64,000 nucleotides of DNA from an uncultured delta proteobacterium (GTDB lineage Bacteria > Myxococcota_A > Polyangia > Polyangiales > Polyangiaceae). The notes under the pieces were generated by a model. That model worked only from the letters and a program-made list of their open reading frames with translations. It had not been told where the DNA came from and made no database searches. Positions 1 through 10,306 of this stretch are shown here, piece after piece. Location of the stretch: positions 1,152,001-1,216,000 of the forward strand of contig CAVOKF010000005.1 of the NCBI GenBank assembly GCA_963696385.1, given 5' to 3'. How positions within the stretch are numbered: the first letter of the stretch is position 1; each line of letters opens with the position of its first letter. The position numbers and the translations under genes are program-made.

Positions 1-1
1 T

Positions 2-1465
2 CAGGACTACGACGCGCCACTCGATTTGTTCGACCGCCATCTCTACGAGAAAGCAGGCCTGGTCTTGCACGCGCTCCGGACGGAGCTCGGCGATGCGCTT
101 TTCTGGCAGGGCGTGCACACCTACCTCACCCAGAACGCGCGCGGAATCGTCGAGACGCGGGACCTGCAGCGGGCCATGGAAGCCGTGAGCGGTCGCGGCC
201 TCGGCCGGTTCTTCGAGCAGTGGATCTACAAGCCCGGGCATCCCGAGGTCGACATCGAGATCGCCTGGGAAAGGGGCATTCTGTCCATCCAGGCGAAGCA
301 GTCGCAGTCGACGGCGGACGGCGTGCCGGCCTCATTCGAGTTCTTGCTCGAGTTCGACATTTTCGAACCCGACGAGCGCTCCGCGCGGCGTTCGGTCCGC
401 GTGACGGACAGGCAGCAGGCGTTTGCACTGCCCGTGCGCACGCGCCCCATGTTTGTCGTCGTCGATCCGGACTTGCGCATCGTCGGGGAGGCTCGCCTCA
501 AAGTGCCCGCCGACATGTTGCGGTCGCAGCTGTCGAAGGCGCCCACGGCGCGCGGCCGGTGGCTGGCTGCGCAGGCATTGGCGCGCGTCGACAATCTGCC
601 GACCACCGAGGCCCTGGCACGAGCCCTCGCCGACGAATCGGAATTTTGGGGAACGCGCGTGGAATGCGCCATGGCGCTCGCCAAGATTCGAGCGCGAGCG
701 TGCTTCGATGCGCTGAAGGCCGCGACGGCGACGGCGCACCCCAAGGTCCGGCGGGCGGTAATGGACGCGCTCGGCAATTTCCGAACGAGTGAGGCCTTGG
801 AGGCGATCAAGCCCCACGCCCTGCGCGACGACAGCTACCTTGTCGAGGGCGAAGCGGCGCGGGCCCTGGGCCGCACTCGGCAGTCCGGCGCTTTGGAACT
901 GCTGGTCGACCTCCTCGAGCGTTCGAGCTGGTTCGACGTCGTCCGGGCGGGGGCAGTCGAGGGACTCGCAGCCTTGCGCGACGATCGCGCTCTATCGCAC
1001 CTGAGCGCGCGCGTCCGCTACGGGCATCCGTCGCGTGTGCGACGAGCGGCCATCATCGCCCTGCCGAAAATCGCCAGCGATCGCAAAACGCGCGAAACGA
1101 TCGAGCAGCTCCTCGACGACTCCGACTCGATGCTGAGGATCGATGTCGTCCGAGCGCTCGGGGAACTCGGCGATGCCAAGGCGCGTCCGGCATTGCGCGA
1201 TCGGCTGGAAATCGAGCTCGACGCGCGGGTTCGCCGTCGCATTCGCGAGGTGCTGCGCGACTTGGCCGAGCCGAAGCGAGCGTCGGAGCAGCTTCGAGAC
1301 GATCTAGAAAGATTGCAGGCCGAGCACGTTGAACTCAAGGTGCGCCTGGCGAGTGTCGAGGCGAGAGTCGCGGGCGCGATTCCGCCGGACGTGGCCGTTT
1401 CGGGCTCTGCGCACCGTAGCGCGATGCCGTCGAAGAAGCGCGCGAAGAAAGGTAGGGCCGGGTGA
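2..1465 (+). CDS. M1-family aminopeptidase with C-terminal HEAT repeats (5'-truncated by window edge)
   Basis: Frame open from base 2. LFDRHLYEKAGLVLHALR...FFEQWIYKPGHP is the M1 post-zinc segment with the catalytic Tyr; it is followed by HEAT-like repeats and a coiled-coil tail. Confidence 0.85.
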   Translation, partial: QDYDAPLDLFDRHLYEKAGLVLHALRTELGDALFWQGVHTYLTQNARGIVETRDLQRAMEAVSGRGLGRFFEQWIYKPGHPEVDIEIAWERGILSIQAKQSQSTADGVPASFEFLLEFDIFEPDERSARRSVRVTDRQQAFALPVRTRPMFVVVDPDLRIVGEARLKVPADMLRSQLSKAPTARGRWLAAQALARVDNLPTTEALARALADESEFWGTRVECAMALAKIRARACFDALKAATATAHPKVRRAVMDALGNFRTSEALEAIKPHALRDDSYLVEGEAARALGRTRQSGALELLVDLLERSSWFDVVRAGAVEGLAALRDDRALSHLSARVRYGHPSRVRRAAIIALPKIASDRKTRETIEQLLDDSDSMLRIDVVRALGELGDAKARPALRDRLEIELDARVRRRIREVLRDLAEPKRASEQLRDDLERLQAEHVELKVRLASVEARVAGAIPPDVAVSGSAHRSAMPSKKRAKKGRAG

Positions 1466-2250
1466 CGGGAGACTTTCCCATCCGGGTGGACCAACGCGGG
1501 GCCGTCGCCATCTGGACTCTCGACCGTCCAGACCGCGCGAACGCGCTCTCGCGCGCGGCGCTCCTCTCCATCGGAACGCTCGCGCGAGAGGCCGCGACGA
1601 ATCCATCCATCCGGGCCGTCGTGCTTACGGGATCGGGTGAGAAGGCTTTTTGCGCCGGCGCCGATCTCAAGGAGCGCCAAGCGATGAGCGACCAGGACGT
1701 CCGCGACCAAGTCGATCTGTATCGCTCGGAGCTCGGTGTCCTGGACCGCTTACCGAAACCCGTCGTTGCGGCAATCAATGGCGTCGCGCTCGGCGGCGGG
1801 CTCGAGCTCGCGCTCTGCTGTGACTTGCGTATCGCCGCGGGTCACGCCCAGCTCGGGCTGCCCGAGACGTCGCTCGGCGTCATCCCTGGCGCCGGAGGAA
1901 CGCAGCGCTTGCCGAGAGCGGTCGGCGAGGGTCGCGCGAAGGAGATGATCCTCTTGGGTCGACGGCTCACGGCGTACGAAGCGCTCGCATGGGGCTTGGT
2001 CCAACGGGTCGCGCCCGTCGGCACGAGCGTCGTCGAGGATGCTCTGGAATGGATTCAACCGATTGCCCAAGGGGCGCCGATAGCCCTAGCCTCCGCGCTC
2101 GAGGCCATCGACCAATCGTACGGGGTGACGTTGGACGTGGGGTTGGAGCTCGAGAAAGTCAGCTACGGCAGGACCATTCCGAGCCACGATCGACATGAAG
2201 CTCTTCTTGCGGTGTCACAGAAGCGCAAGCCGCGCTTCGAGGGGAGGTGA
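1462..2250 (+). CDS. Enoyl-CoA hydratase/isomerase (methylglutaconyl-CoA hydratase-like)
   Basis: Crotonase motifs AFCAGADLKE, ALGGGLELAL and GLPETSLGVIPGAGGTQRL; GTGA overlap with the upstream gene. Confidence 0.92.
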   Translation: MTGDFPIRVDQRGAVAIWTLDRPDRANALSRAALLSIGTLAREAATNPSIRAVVLTGSGEKAFCAGADLKERQAMSDQDVRDQVDLYRSELGVLDRLPKPVVAAINGVALGGGLELALCCDLRIAAGHAQLGLPETSLGVIPGAGGTQRLPRAVGEGRAKEMILLGRRLTAYEALAWGLVQRVAPVGTSVVEDALEWIQPIAQGAPIALASALEAIDQSYGVTLDVGLELEKVSYGRTIPSHDRHEALLAVSQKRKPRFEGR

Positions 2251-2253
2251 ACG

Positions 2254-2766
2254 ATGCGCGCGTGGTGGCTCGTGCTGCTCATGGGGTGCGGCGGATCCCC
2301 GCCGCGGACGGCCGACGGTTCGGAGGCGAGGTCCACCGCAAACTCGGCAGGTGAAGCGACGACGAGCGGCACCGCGGGTTCAACGTCGGTGACGCCTTCG
2401 ACGGGCAGCGCGACCCCGTCTCTCGCCTCGGCTTCGACCCCGGACAACGACGGCACCGTGGTCATCGGCGCCATGGCCGCCACGGGACACTTCGACCCCA
2501 AGTCGACGCTCGACGACCTGCGACCCGATCTGATGGCCTGCTTTCGCAGGGTGCACGCTTCCAATCCGGCCATCCACGGCAAGGTCACCCTTCGCATCCA
2601 GGTCGACGAGGCGGGCCTAGTCCTGAACGTCGACGCTCAGCCCGGCGGTCCGGCCAACGACCCTGCGCTCATTGCCTGCATACGCGACGATTTCAAAGCG
2701 AATGCTCACTTCGCCAGGCCCGGCGGTTCGGCGACAATCGTTGCGCCCCTGGTGTTCCATCCCTGA
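2254..2766 (+). CDS. Lipoprotein with AgmX/PglI (TonB-C-like) C-terminal domain
   Basis: Lipobox LLMGC, S/T-rich linker, then ACF...GKVTLRIQVDEAG...ACI...PLVF pattern. Confidence 0.65.
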   Translation: MRAWWLVLLMGCGGSPPRTADGSEARSTANSAGEATTSGTAGSTSVTPSTGSATPSLASASTPDNDGTVVIGAMAATGHFDPKSTLDDLRPDLMACFRRVHASNPAIHGKVTLRIQVDEAGLVLNVDAQPGGPANDPALIACIRDDFKANAHFARPGGSATIVAPLVFHP

Positions 2767-2783
2767 TTGTCGGAGTCCGGAAG

Positions 2784-4316
2784 ATGCCCATCGATTCAAA
2801 GCTCGACGACACGTTGTCTCGAATCGAGAGGGGTGGAGCGACCAAATACCATCAGAAAAACGCCGAACAGGGCAAACTCTTCGCTCGGGAACGCATCGCT
2901 CGCTTGATCGATCGATCCAGCTTCGTGGAGGACGCGATCCTGGCAAACAACATCGACGCCGACCTTCCAGCCGACGGCGTCGTCACGGGGACGGCTACGG
3001 TCGCGGGGCGGCCAATCGCACTCATGGCCAACGATTCGACCGTGAAGGCTGGTTCCTGGGGCCGTCGCACGGTCGAGAAGATCTTGCGCATTCAGGAAAC
3101 GGCCGCGCGGCTGCGCATTCCGATGCTCTATCTCGTCGACAGTGCTGGCGCTCGGATCACGGATCAGGTCGAAATGTTCCCGGGGCGCCGCGGCGCGGGG
3201 CGGATCTTTTACAACCAAGTGCAGATGAGCGGGCAGGTGCCACAAGTGTGCCTGCTCTTCGGTCCGAGCGCCGCGGGCGGGGCATACATCCCTGCCTTCT
3301 GCGACGTCGTTGTCATGGTGGACGGCAACGCGAGCATGTACCTGGGCAGCCCGCGTATGGCTGAGATGGTCATCGGCGAAAAAGTCACGCTCGAAGAGAT
3401 GGGCGGCGCGAAGATGCACTGCGCCGTGAGCGGTTGCGGCGACGTCCTCTGCAAGACCGAGGACGAAGCGATTGAATTCGCGAAACGATACCTCGCCACG
3501 ATGCCGCAGAGCTTCGAAGATGCCCCGCCGCGCGAGGCCGCCCGACCCCCCAGTGCGTCAGGCAAGCGGATGGAAGACTTGGTCCCCGCCGACGAGAACA
3601 AGGCCTTCGACATGATGACGGTCATCGCGGAAGTGATCGACGCGGGATCGTGGCTCGAGATCAAGGCGCTCTTCGCACGCGAGATCGTCACGGGCTTCGC
3701 CCGGGTCGACGGACGCGCTGTGGGCATCGTCGCCAATCAGCCAAAATGGCTGGGCGGCGTACTGTTTGTAGACAGCGCGGACAAAGCCGCGCGGTTCGTC
3801 TGGTTGTGCGACGCCTTCAACGTCCCCCTGCTGTTCATGGCCGACGTTCCGGGCTTCATGATCGGTACGAAGGTCGAGCGGCAGGGGATCATCCGATCGG
3901 GGGCGAAGATGATCGCCGCCGTCAGCGAGGCCACCGTCCCCAAGATCAGCGTGGTGGTGCGAAAAGCGTACGGAGCCGGTTTGTACGCGATGTGCGGTCC
4001 CGCTTTCGACCCCGACGCATGCATCGCTTTGCCGACGGCGTCGATAGCCGTAATGGGCCCGCAGGCGGCGGTCAATGCCGTCTATTACAACAGGATCCAG
4101 GAGGTGCCCGACGGGCCCGAGCGACAGGCGTTCGTTGCCCGACTTCGCGACGAATACCGGGCCGACATCGACATTCTTCGGCTGGCGAGTGATCTCGTCA
4201 TCGACGCGGTCGTCTCGGGCGATCGACTCCGCGACGAGATACGAGCGCGCCTCGAGCGCTACTCGGGCAAGCGCGAGCGGCGCGTGAACAAGAAACACCT
4301 CATCGCGCCGATGTGA
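2784..4316 (+). CDS. Acyl-CoA carboxylase carboxyltransferase (beta) subunit, MCC/PCC-like
   Basis: Motifs GKLFARERI, DSAGARI, GPSAAGGAY, DVPGFMIG and RKAYGAG. Confidence 0.93.
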   Translation: MPIDSKLDDTLSRIERGGATKYHQKNAEQGKLFARERIARLIDRSSFVEDAILANNIDADLPADGVVTGTATVAGRPIALMANDSTVKAGSWGRRTVEKILRIQETAARLRIPMLYLVDSAGARITDQVEMFPGRRGAGRIFYNQVQMSGQVPQVCLLFGPSAAGGAYIPAFCDVVVMVDGNASMYLGSPRMAEMVIGEKVTLEEMGGAKMHCAVSGCGDVLCKTEDEAIEFAKRYLATMPQSFEDAPPREAARPPSASGKRMEDLVPADENKAFDMMTVIAEVIDAGSWLEIKALFAREIVTGFARVDGRAVGIVANQPKWLGGVLFVDSADKAARFVWLCDAFNVPLLFMADVPGFMIGTKVERQGIIRSGAKMIAAVSEATVPKISVVVRKAYGAGLYAMCGPAFDPDACIALPTASIAVMGPQAAVNAVYYNRIQEVPDGPERQAFVARLRDEYRADIDILRLASDLVIDAVVSGDRLRDEIRARLERYSGKRERRVNKKHLIAPM

Positions 4317-4369
4317 CCCTCGCCTGGCGGCACGGAGTTTGTGGGGCGGCCGAAGGCAACCCAGGGCCG

Positions 4370-5908
4370 TTATTGGGCCGCGGCCGACTCCTCGAGGGAT
4401 ACGTCGGTGTCCGGCTGGGTCGCTTGCGGCTTCATGGCGGCGCTCGGGCGGGCGCGAGTAACCTGCTCGAGCAGCATCGTACCGGCCATATACCCGTATC
4501 CTGCCGTGAAGAGGGCGGCGAACGGCGTGGCGATGAAATGCCCCGTGCGCAGGGAGGCAACCGTGCTTGCGAACGAGATGACGCACAGGATGCTCTCGGC
4601 AAACGGGACGGAGAGCGCCGTTCGATACCGGCCCCCGACGCTGGTTCCCTTCTTCGGGGTTCGCACGAACTCCCCCGCCATGGTTCGGAAGCCGCGCACG
4701 AGCGCGCGGGTAATGAGCGGCGTCAGCCCGACACCGACACCGATGAGCGCTGGAACGATGAGCAAAGCGTCGCGAGCGCGTCGTCCCTGAGCCCGCTCGG
4801 CGGTCGCGTAAAACGCCGCCAGCGAACCAGTTGTCCCGAAGAAGAGCGGAATGTCGATCGCGACAATGACGAGCGAGTTGGATCCTGGCAATAGCAAAAC
4901 GAGGGGCAGCAGAATCACGCTGAGCAATAGGGTCAGGGGATACGCGAAGTGCGGTGTGAGATGAAAGAAAGCTTCTGCGCGTGCACTCAGCGGAAGCCCC
5001 GAACCAAGCACACGCCGCAACAGTTTCCTCGACGTTTGCACCGTTCCGGTCGCCCATCGGAATTGCTGAGCGCGGAACGCGCTGATGTCCTCGGGAAGCT
5101 CGGCGGGCGTCACTACGTCTTCTCGGTACACGAAGCGCCATCCGAGAAGCTGCGCCCGGTAGCTCAGGTCGAGGTCTTCGGTGAGCGTGTCGTGCTCCCA
5201 GCCGCCGGCGGACTCGATGGCGCACTTGCGCCAGACCCCGCCCGTACCCGCGAAATTGAAAAGCCAGCCCGCCGCGGCGCGAACGCGGTTTTCGACGAGG
5301 TGGTGGCCGTCGAGCATCAGCGCGCCGACGCGGGTAAGGATCGAATGGCCGCGATTAAGATGTCCCCAACGCGTCTGGACCATCGCTACATTGGATTCGT
5401 CGAAATGTGCCATAATGGCGCGGAGGAAATTCGGTGGCGGAAGGAAGTCCGCGTCGAAGAGTGCAACGAACTCGCCCTTGGCCACTTTTAGCCCAGCGGC
5501 CAGAGCCCCCGCTTTGTAGCCGATTCGGTCGGTGCGATGGAGGTGGACGACGTCGAGCCCCGCCCGCTGCAATTCATCGACACGTCGCCGAGCGATCTCG
5601 CGGGTTTCGTCGGTCGAATCGTCGAGGACCTGAATCTCGAGTCGATCGCGCGGCCATTCAATCTTGGACACGGCGTCGATCAAACGACGGACGACCGTCG
5701 ACTCGTTGTAGATGGGAAGCTGAATGGTCACCTTCGGCAAAGTGTTCGCCGCCATCTCGATCGCACCAATTTCCGGCACTCCGCGCTTGAGGACTTCGAT
5801 TTCTCGGCGGAGATGAGCTGCCATGACCACGAGATACGACCGGTGGATTCCGTAAACGGACAAGACGAGCAGAATGGCGGCGTAGAGCACGCACAGCGTG
5901 ACGCTCAT
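4370..5908 (-). CDS. Processive GT2 glycosyltransferase (cellulose synthase-like, CslA/CslC type)
   Basis: QLPIYNE, DDS, KAG, DAD, TED and QQFRW motifs; N-terminal and multiple C-terminal TM helices. Start could be 5941. Confidence 0.9.
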   Translation of the reverse strand: MSVTLCVLYAAILLVLSVYGIHRSYLVVMAAHLRREIEVLKRGVPEIGAIEMAANTLPKVTIQLPIYNESTVVRRLIDAVSKIEWPRDRLEIQVLDDSTDETREIARRRVDELQRAGLDVVHLHRTDRIGYKAGALAAGLKVAKGEFVALFDADFLPPPNFLRAIMAHFDESNVAMVQTRWGHLNRGHSILTRVGALMLDGHHLVENRVRAAAGWLFNFAGTGGVWRKCAIESAGGWEHDTLTEDLDLSYRAQLLGWRFVYREDVVTPAELPEDISAFRAQQFRWATGTVQTSRKLLRRVLGSGLPLSARAEAFFHLTPHFAYPLTLLLSVILLPLVLLLPGSNSLVIVAIDIPLFFGTTGSLAAFYATAERAQGRRARDALLIVPALIGVGVGLTPLITRALVRGFRTMAGEFVRTPKKGTSVGGRYRTALSVPFAESILCVISFASTVASLRTGHFIATPFAALFTAGYGYMAGTMLLEQVTRARPSAAMKPQATQPDTDVSLEESAAAQ

Positions 5909-5975
5909 GGGGGCGCAGGTAACCACACGTGCGGGGTCCACATGTCAAAAACCTGTATTTCTTCGCACTCGAATG

Positions 5976-7028
5976 TCAAAGAACGCCGGCTCCACGCGAG
6001 GTCGGGCGTCGGCTCGAAGATCGAGTCGGTCTTGCGCGGTCACCCCGCTGTCGTTCAAGCATGGCGTTGATCTCGACGCCCCCAACGATGCAAATGCTCG
6101 TGAGATAGAGCCACATGAGGAGCACGGCCACCGCAGCGAGGCTTCCGTAAAAGAGGGCGTACCGAGCGATCGATGCGGCGTAGACGCCGAAGCCCCAGGA
6201 TACGAGCAGCCAGCAGACCACCGACGCGAGGGTTCCGGGCCAAACGCGTGCTCGCGTGCCCGCGGGTCGTTCGATGGAAAAGCGATAAAAGCACGCGAGC
6301 AGGACGCTGCCGACGGCGAGGGTCAGCCCCGCCGCCAAAGCCTGTTCAAGCGACGAATGCCGGCTCCTGCGATCCTTCTGCGGCGCTTGCGATGCTGCGG
6401 AGAGCGGTGGGTGGCTCTTCGGGTAGCGCTCGAAGGGCCGCGCCATCGCAGCCGTGGCTCCGGTGCGGGCGTCCCGGGACGCTTCGTAGGGGTGCAGCGC
6501 CGCATCGATCCGGACGAGAGAGGACGCGACGACGCACGCTGCAATCAAGCCGAAAGCCACCCACACAAGCGAGACAGCTCGCTTTTTCCAGTACGGCCGC
6601 AGCTGCCCGTTCGCCACGTCGAAGACGTCGAGCAGGTTGTGCACCCCGGAGGACGCGGCCCAGAGGTAGCCGAGCGCTCCTACAGGGGCTAGGGAAGACT
6701 TGCTGCCGGCGAGTCGTTGCACCTCCTCGCGGACGATGCCCTCGGCCGTGACCGGCACAATCTCAAGCAGGGGCTCGCTGAGTGCATCTACGCCTCCGCG
6801 GCGCGCCACCTGACCGACAAGGAATCCGAGCAACACGAGCAGCGGAACCAGGCTTAGGAACAGCCAAAAGGCCACCGCCGCAGCCGATCGGAACGCGCCG
6901 TGCGAGGCCATCGCTCGCGCGAGGCGTCGTCCCGCGCCGAACAGCCCCATAGGGGAAGGGGCCGAGGTGATGGGCATGGGGAGGGGCGAAACCGCCTCGT
7001 CGGGGGGGTTGGCCGGTCCGTTCTTCAC
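5976..7028 (-). CDS. YihY/BrkB family membrane protein
   Basis: AAAVAFWLFLSLVP, W-AASSG and YGSLAAVAVLLMWLY...G-E-NA signatures. Confidence 0.88.
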   Translation of the reverse strand: MKNGPANPPDEAVSPLPMPITSAPSPMGLFGAGRRLARAMASHGAFRSAAAVAFWLFLSLVPLLVLLGFLVGQVARRGGVDALSEPLLEIVPVTAEGIVREEVQRLAGSKSSLAPVGALGYLWAASSGVHNLLDVFDVANGQLRPYWKKRAVSLVWVAFGLIAACVVASSLVRIDAALHPYEASRDARTGATAAMARPFERYPKSHPPLSAASQAPQKDRRSRHSSLEQALAAGLTLAVGSVLLACFYRFSIERPAGTRARVWPGTLASVVCWLLVSWGFGVYAASIARYALFYGSLAAVAVLLMWLYLTSICIVGGVEINAMLERQRGDRARPTRSSSRRPTSRGAGVL

Positions 7029-7085
7029 ACGGAGCGGTCAAGCCGCGGTCCGTCATCGGAAGCGGTCGGTGATCGCACGATGCAC

Positions 7086-7538
7086 TCATGCATGGACAAG
7101 CGCGGCGGCGCACGCCCCAGTCATCATAGAGGCGCGGAAGGTGGCCACTTTGGTCCCGAGGGCCTCGAGAGACGCCTCGTTCAAGGCGCTTTCGAGCGAG
7201 GGGTGAACGGTTCGTTCCTCGAGCCGTGCATGCGTCGCGAACGCGTCTGCGAGATCCGAAAGCCTTTGGCGAAAAACGGTCCTGTCCCCCGTGCGGCCGG
7301 TTGCTTGGATGACCGCCGTGCGCACGCGCGCGTGCCGGACGCGATGGGCCGCCAAGTCGTCGACCATGGCTCTCTCCGCTGCCGGGTAGAGCAGGCTCTC
7401 GTCGGCGGCGAGATGCGCCATGAGGTCCGCAGCCAGAGCGTGGAAGTCGTCATCGGTGACGTCCCAGATCGAGCCGATTAGCGCGAGCGCTTGTTCAATG
7501 TTGCGGTGGTCTCGTCGAAGAAGCATCGTGGCTTTCAT
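7086..7538 (-). CDS. Hemerythrin (HHE cation-binding) domain protein
   Basis: Pattern LLRRDH...HLAADESLLYP...H...HARLEERTVHP. Confidence 0.8.
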   Translation of the reverse strand: MKATMLLRRDHRNIEQALALIGSIWDVTDDDFHALAADLMAHLAADESLLYPAAERAMVDDLAAHRVRHARVRTAVIQATGRTGDRTVFRQRLSDLADAFATHARLEERTVHPSLESALNEASLEALGTKVATFRASMMTGACAAALVHA

Positions 7539-7563
7539 GAATATTTCAATACGTCGCGATGTG

Positions 7564-7590
7564 ATTATAAAACGATAAAATCATCGTAAA
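7564..7590 (-). promoter_or_regulatory. TATAAT -10 box plus KdpE/OmpR-type direct repeat upstream of hemerythrin
   Basis: Minus strand reads TTTAC-GATGAT-TTTAT (7590-7575) then TATAAT (7569-7564), in an AT-rich patch. Confidence 0.6.
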
Positions 7591-7693
7591 TTCATAGTGC
7601 GATGTTTCGCGTTCGTGTCTAGACGTATTCGAGCGGCGTCCGCCCGGCAAGTCGCACGGCGTCGGGAAACGAGCCGAGACCCTCTCACCCGTT

Positions 7694-7709
7694 TTTATAC
7701 GTTCTTGAT
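7694..7709 (+). promoter_or_regulatory. KdpE-type direct-repeat box
   Basis: TTTAT-ACGTTC-TTGAT, 11-bp period. Confidence 0.45.
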
Positions 7710-7837
7710 GGATGGACGACACGGCAATGGGCTAGCGTCCTGTTGTCGAGATCGGCTGGATCCTTCGGAGCGCCTCGCGGTCCGCCCGTCGTTGTCATCC
7801 TGAGTGGGAGCGTGCCGCGAGCACCGAGCCCAAGCGT

Positions 7838-9433
7838 TCACGGTTCTCCGGGAGCTTCGGGCAGACCGTCCAGCAGGGGAGCGTTGGCGTCACGCGGCAA
7901 CAAGAAACGAAACGATGCGCCGCCTCCGGGCCGGTTCTCGCACCAGATCGTGCCCCCATGGACGGCAATCATCCCGCGGCAGATCGTCAACCCAAGCCCC
8001 ATTCCGCCGGTGGTCGGCGGCGCCGCTCGCTTGAATTTCTCGAAGATGCGTTCCTCCTGTCCCGGCGCGATCCCTGGGCCGCGGTCGGCGATTTCTACCT
8101 GCACTCCACCGTCCTCGCGCGTGGCTCGGATGTCGATGGGACTGCCGGCCGGAGTATACCGAACGGCGTTCTCCACGAGGTTGACCAGGACTTGTTCGAG
8201 CAACGTCGCGTCGAAAGGAGCGAGGGCCGCGTCCGGAGCGATGGCGACGCGAACCGGGCGGTTCTGAAGAGGTTCCTCCATCCGATTGAGCGCAACCCCG
8301 AGCACCTCTTCGAGCGGCTGCCATTCTTTGCGCGCGTGCAGCGCGCCAGCTTCGAGGGAAGTCATATCGAGCAAATTGCGAACGAGCCGATTCAGCCGAC
8401 TTGCTTCTTCGGAAATCGTTTCTAGGTATTCTTGGCGGCGGGATGCGGTGAGTTCACTGTTGCGATCCAACAGAGCCGTCACCGCCCCCTTTACGACCGC
8501 AAGCGGTGTCCGTAAGTCGTGCGATACCGAGCTGAGGAGCGCGTTGCGAAGTCGCTCCTTCTGGACGTCGAAGAGCGCGCGCTGCGCGTCCTCGGCGATC
8601 TGGGCGCGTTCGAACGCGAGGGCCACCTGCGTCGCGAATGCGTCCAGAAGATCGCAGTTGTCCGGATTCTCAAAAAAGTCCGGCAATGGCGGTGTGACGA
8701 GGACGCCGAAGATGGCGTTCGACCCATTCAGGGCGACCAAATGCTGGCCCGTCGGCGCCAGACGCGTCGCGGGTCGCTCGCTCGCTTTCGTGGCGGTCGC
8801 GATGAGCTCGACCGCCAGGTCCGACACCGCCGGGCTCGGCGATTCGGACTCGGCGGTCTCGGGCGCCGTGCCCGATCGACGCACGCTGCCGGCGCCGTTG
8901 GGCAGCAGCACGGCGACGTCATTTCCGAAGAAGTCCCGCAGATGCCGGTGCGCGACTCGCGCGATATCGTCACTCGAGCGTGCGCTCGAGAGCTCACGGC
9001 TCAGCGCGTAGAGTCTCGCGGTTCGCAGTTCACGCCGGCGGACCTGTTCGGCGCTGCGCCGAATGCGCTCCATGAGGTTGGCGATCACGAAGGCCACGAA
9101 AAGCATGATCGCGAACGTGACGACATAGCGCTTGTCGTTGACCGAAAAGCTGAGGTACGGCTCGGTGAAGAAGAAGTCGAATGCGCCGACGCTCAGCACC
9201 GTCGCAAGCAACGACGCGAGATAGCCGAACCGCATGGCGACGACGACGACGCCGAGCAGATAGAGCATCACCACATCGGCCACTTTGTGGTCCAAGGCGA
9301 CCCGACAAACGACGGTATCGATCGCCACGATGGCGATGCTTGCAGCGACGGACAAGCCCACGGGACTGCGCCTGAGGACCACAGTCACCCGTTCGGGCGC
9401 TATGTATTCGCGGTCAGGCGTTCCCGCAGGCAT
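7838..9433 (-). CDS. kdpD: KdpD-like sensor histidine kinase (4-TM DUF4118, GAF, HisKA, HATPase), lacking the N-terminal KdpD/Usp domains
   Basis: MLYLLGVV...AFDFFFTEPYLSF, ERLRNALLSSVSHDLRTPL, NLVENAVRY, DRGPGI and GMGLGL. Confidence 0.85.
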   Translation of the reverse strand: MPAGTPDREYIAPERVTVVLRRSPVGLSVAASIAIVAIDTVVCRVALDHKVADVVMLYLLGVVVVAMRFGYLASLLATVLSVGAFDFFFTEPYLSFSVNDKRYVVTFAIMLFVAFVIANLMERIRRSAEQVRRRELRTARLYALSRELSSARSSDDIARVAHRHLRDFFGNDVAVLLPNGAGSVRRSGTAPETAESESPSPAVSDLAVELIATATKASERPATRLAPTGQHLVALNGSNAIFGVLVTPPLPDFFENPDNCDLLDAFATQVALAFERAQIAEDAQRALFDVQKERLRNALLSSVSHDLRTPLAVVKGAVTALLDRNSELTASRRQEYLETISEEASRLNRLVRNLLDMTSLEAGALHARKEWQPLEEVLGVALNRMEEPLQNRPVRVAIAPDAALAPFDATLLEQVLVNLVENAVRYTPAGSPIDIRATREDGGVQVEIADRGPGIAPGQEERIFEKFKRAAPPTTGGMGLGLTICRGMIAVHGGTIWCENRPGGGASFRFLLPRDANAPLLDGLPEAPGEP

Positions 9434-9460
9434 CGATCGGCAATCTCTAGAAGCGGTGCT

Positions 9461-10168
9461 CTAGCCGAGGTTCAGTCGGTATCCGCCACCGGCCTCGGTC
9501 ACCAGGTATCTCGGCCGGGTCGGATCCTTTTCGAGCTTCAGTCGCAGCTGTCGGACGTGGGCGCGCAAGTATTGGGCTCGTGTCGATGCCTTGGAACCCC
9601 AGAGAGCGGCGAGAATCTGGTCTTCCGTCAAGGTGCGGCCCGGATTGTGCGCAAGGACCAGGAGCAACTTGCACTCGAGTGGCGTGATATGGACCTCGCG
9701 ACCATCGACCACGAGAGTTCGACGATCGCGGTCAATGCGCAAACGTTCCGTGGCCATGTCCAGCGCGAATCGTTGAGCCTGCATTCGGGCCTTCTGCCGC
9801 AGCCACACTCGGATGCGCGCGGCGAGGTCGCCCTGGGCGAACGGTCGGACGACGTAGTCGTTCGCACCGGCGTCCAAGACCGCCGCTCTTCGGCCGGCTC
9901 GCGCAGCGTCGAATACGGCGACGATGGGCGCCGACGTCCAATCTCGAATTCTCGTCGTGATGCCCACGGCGTCGATGCCTGGGTCGCTCGCGTCGACGAG
10001 AACGACGTCCGGCTCGTGACCGACCGCGCGTGTCAACGCCGCGACGCGCGCTGGCGCCTGCAACGTCCGAAATCCGAAACTGGCGAGACTCGAGACGAGA
10101 GAACGCCCCGTCCGGCGCTCGTCTTCGACCACCAAGACCAGCGGCTGGGCGGAGAAGGCGCCGCTCAT
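9461..10168 (-). CDS. KdpE-like OmpR-family response regulator with atypical receiver
   Basis: VLVVEDE, GANDYVVRPF and wHTH YLRAHVRQLRLKLEKDPTRPRYLVTEAGGGYR. Confidence 0.85.
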   Translation of the reverse strand: MSGAFSAQPLVLVVEDERRTGRSLVSSLASFGFRTLQAPARVAALTRAVGHEPDVVLVDASDPGIDAVGITTRIRDWTSAPIVAVFDAARAGRRAAVLDAGANDYVVRPFAQGDLAARIRVWLRQKARMQAQRFALDMATERLRIDRDRRTLVVDGREVHITPLECKLLLVLAHNPGRTLTEDQILAALWGSKASTRAQYLRAHVRQLRLKLEKDPTRPRYLVTEAGGGYRLNLG

Positions 10169-10235
10169 CGCGAAGCACCAGCCTCGTTGGAGCATCGATG
10201 AGGCATCGGCGTCCTGTCTTTTACAGCGTCGAGCA

Positions 10236-10251
10236 ATCAAAAAAGCGTAAA
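10236..10251 (-). promoter_or_regulatory. KdpE-type direct-repeat box upstream of the atypical regulator/kdpD pair
   Basis: TTTAC-GCTTTT-TTGAT on the minus strand. Confidence 0.5.
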
Positions 10252-10306
10252 TTATAGGTGACGCCGAATCCTGGCGAGGCTTGAAGACTCGTGGTCCCGA
10301 TCTATT

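Noticed and set aside
8519..10201. Long antisense or alternate-frame ORFs (also 3558-5225, 17757-19538, 30339-32351, 45726-47549, 55591-57102)
   Set aside because: Arg/Ala-rich shadow ORFs typical of high-GC DNA, overlapping well-supported genes and lacking motifs.
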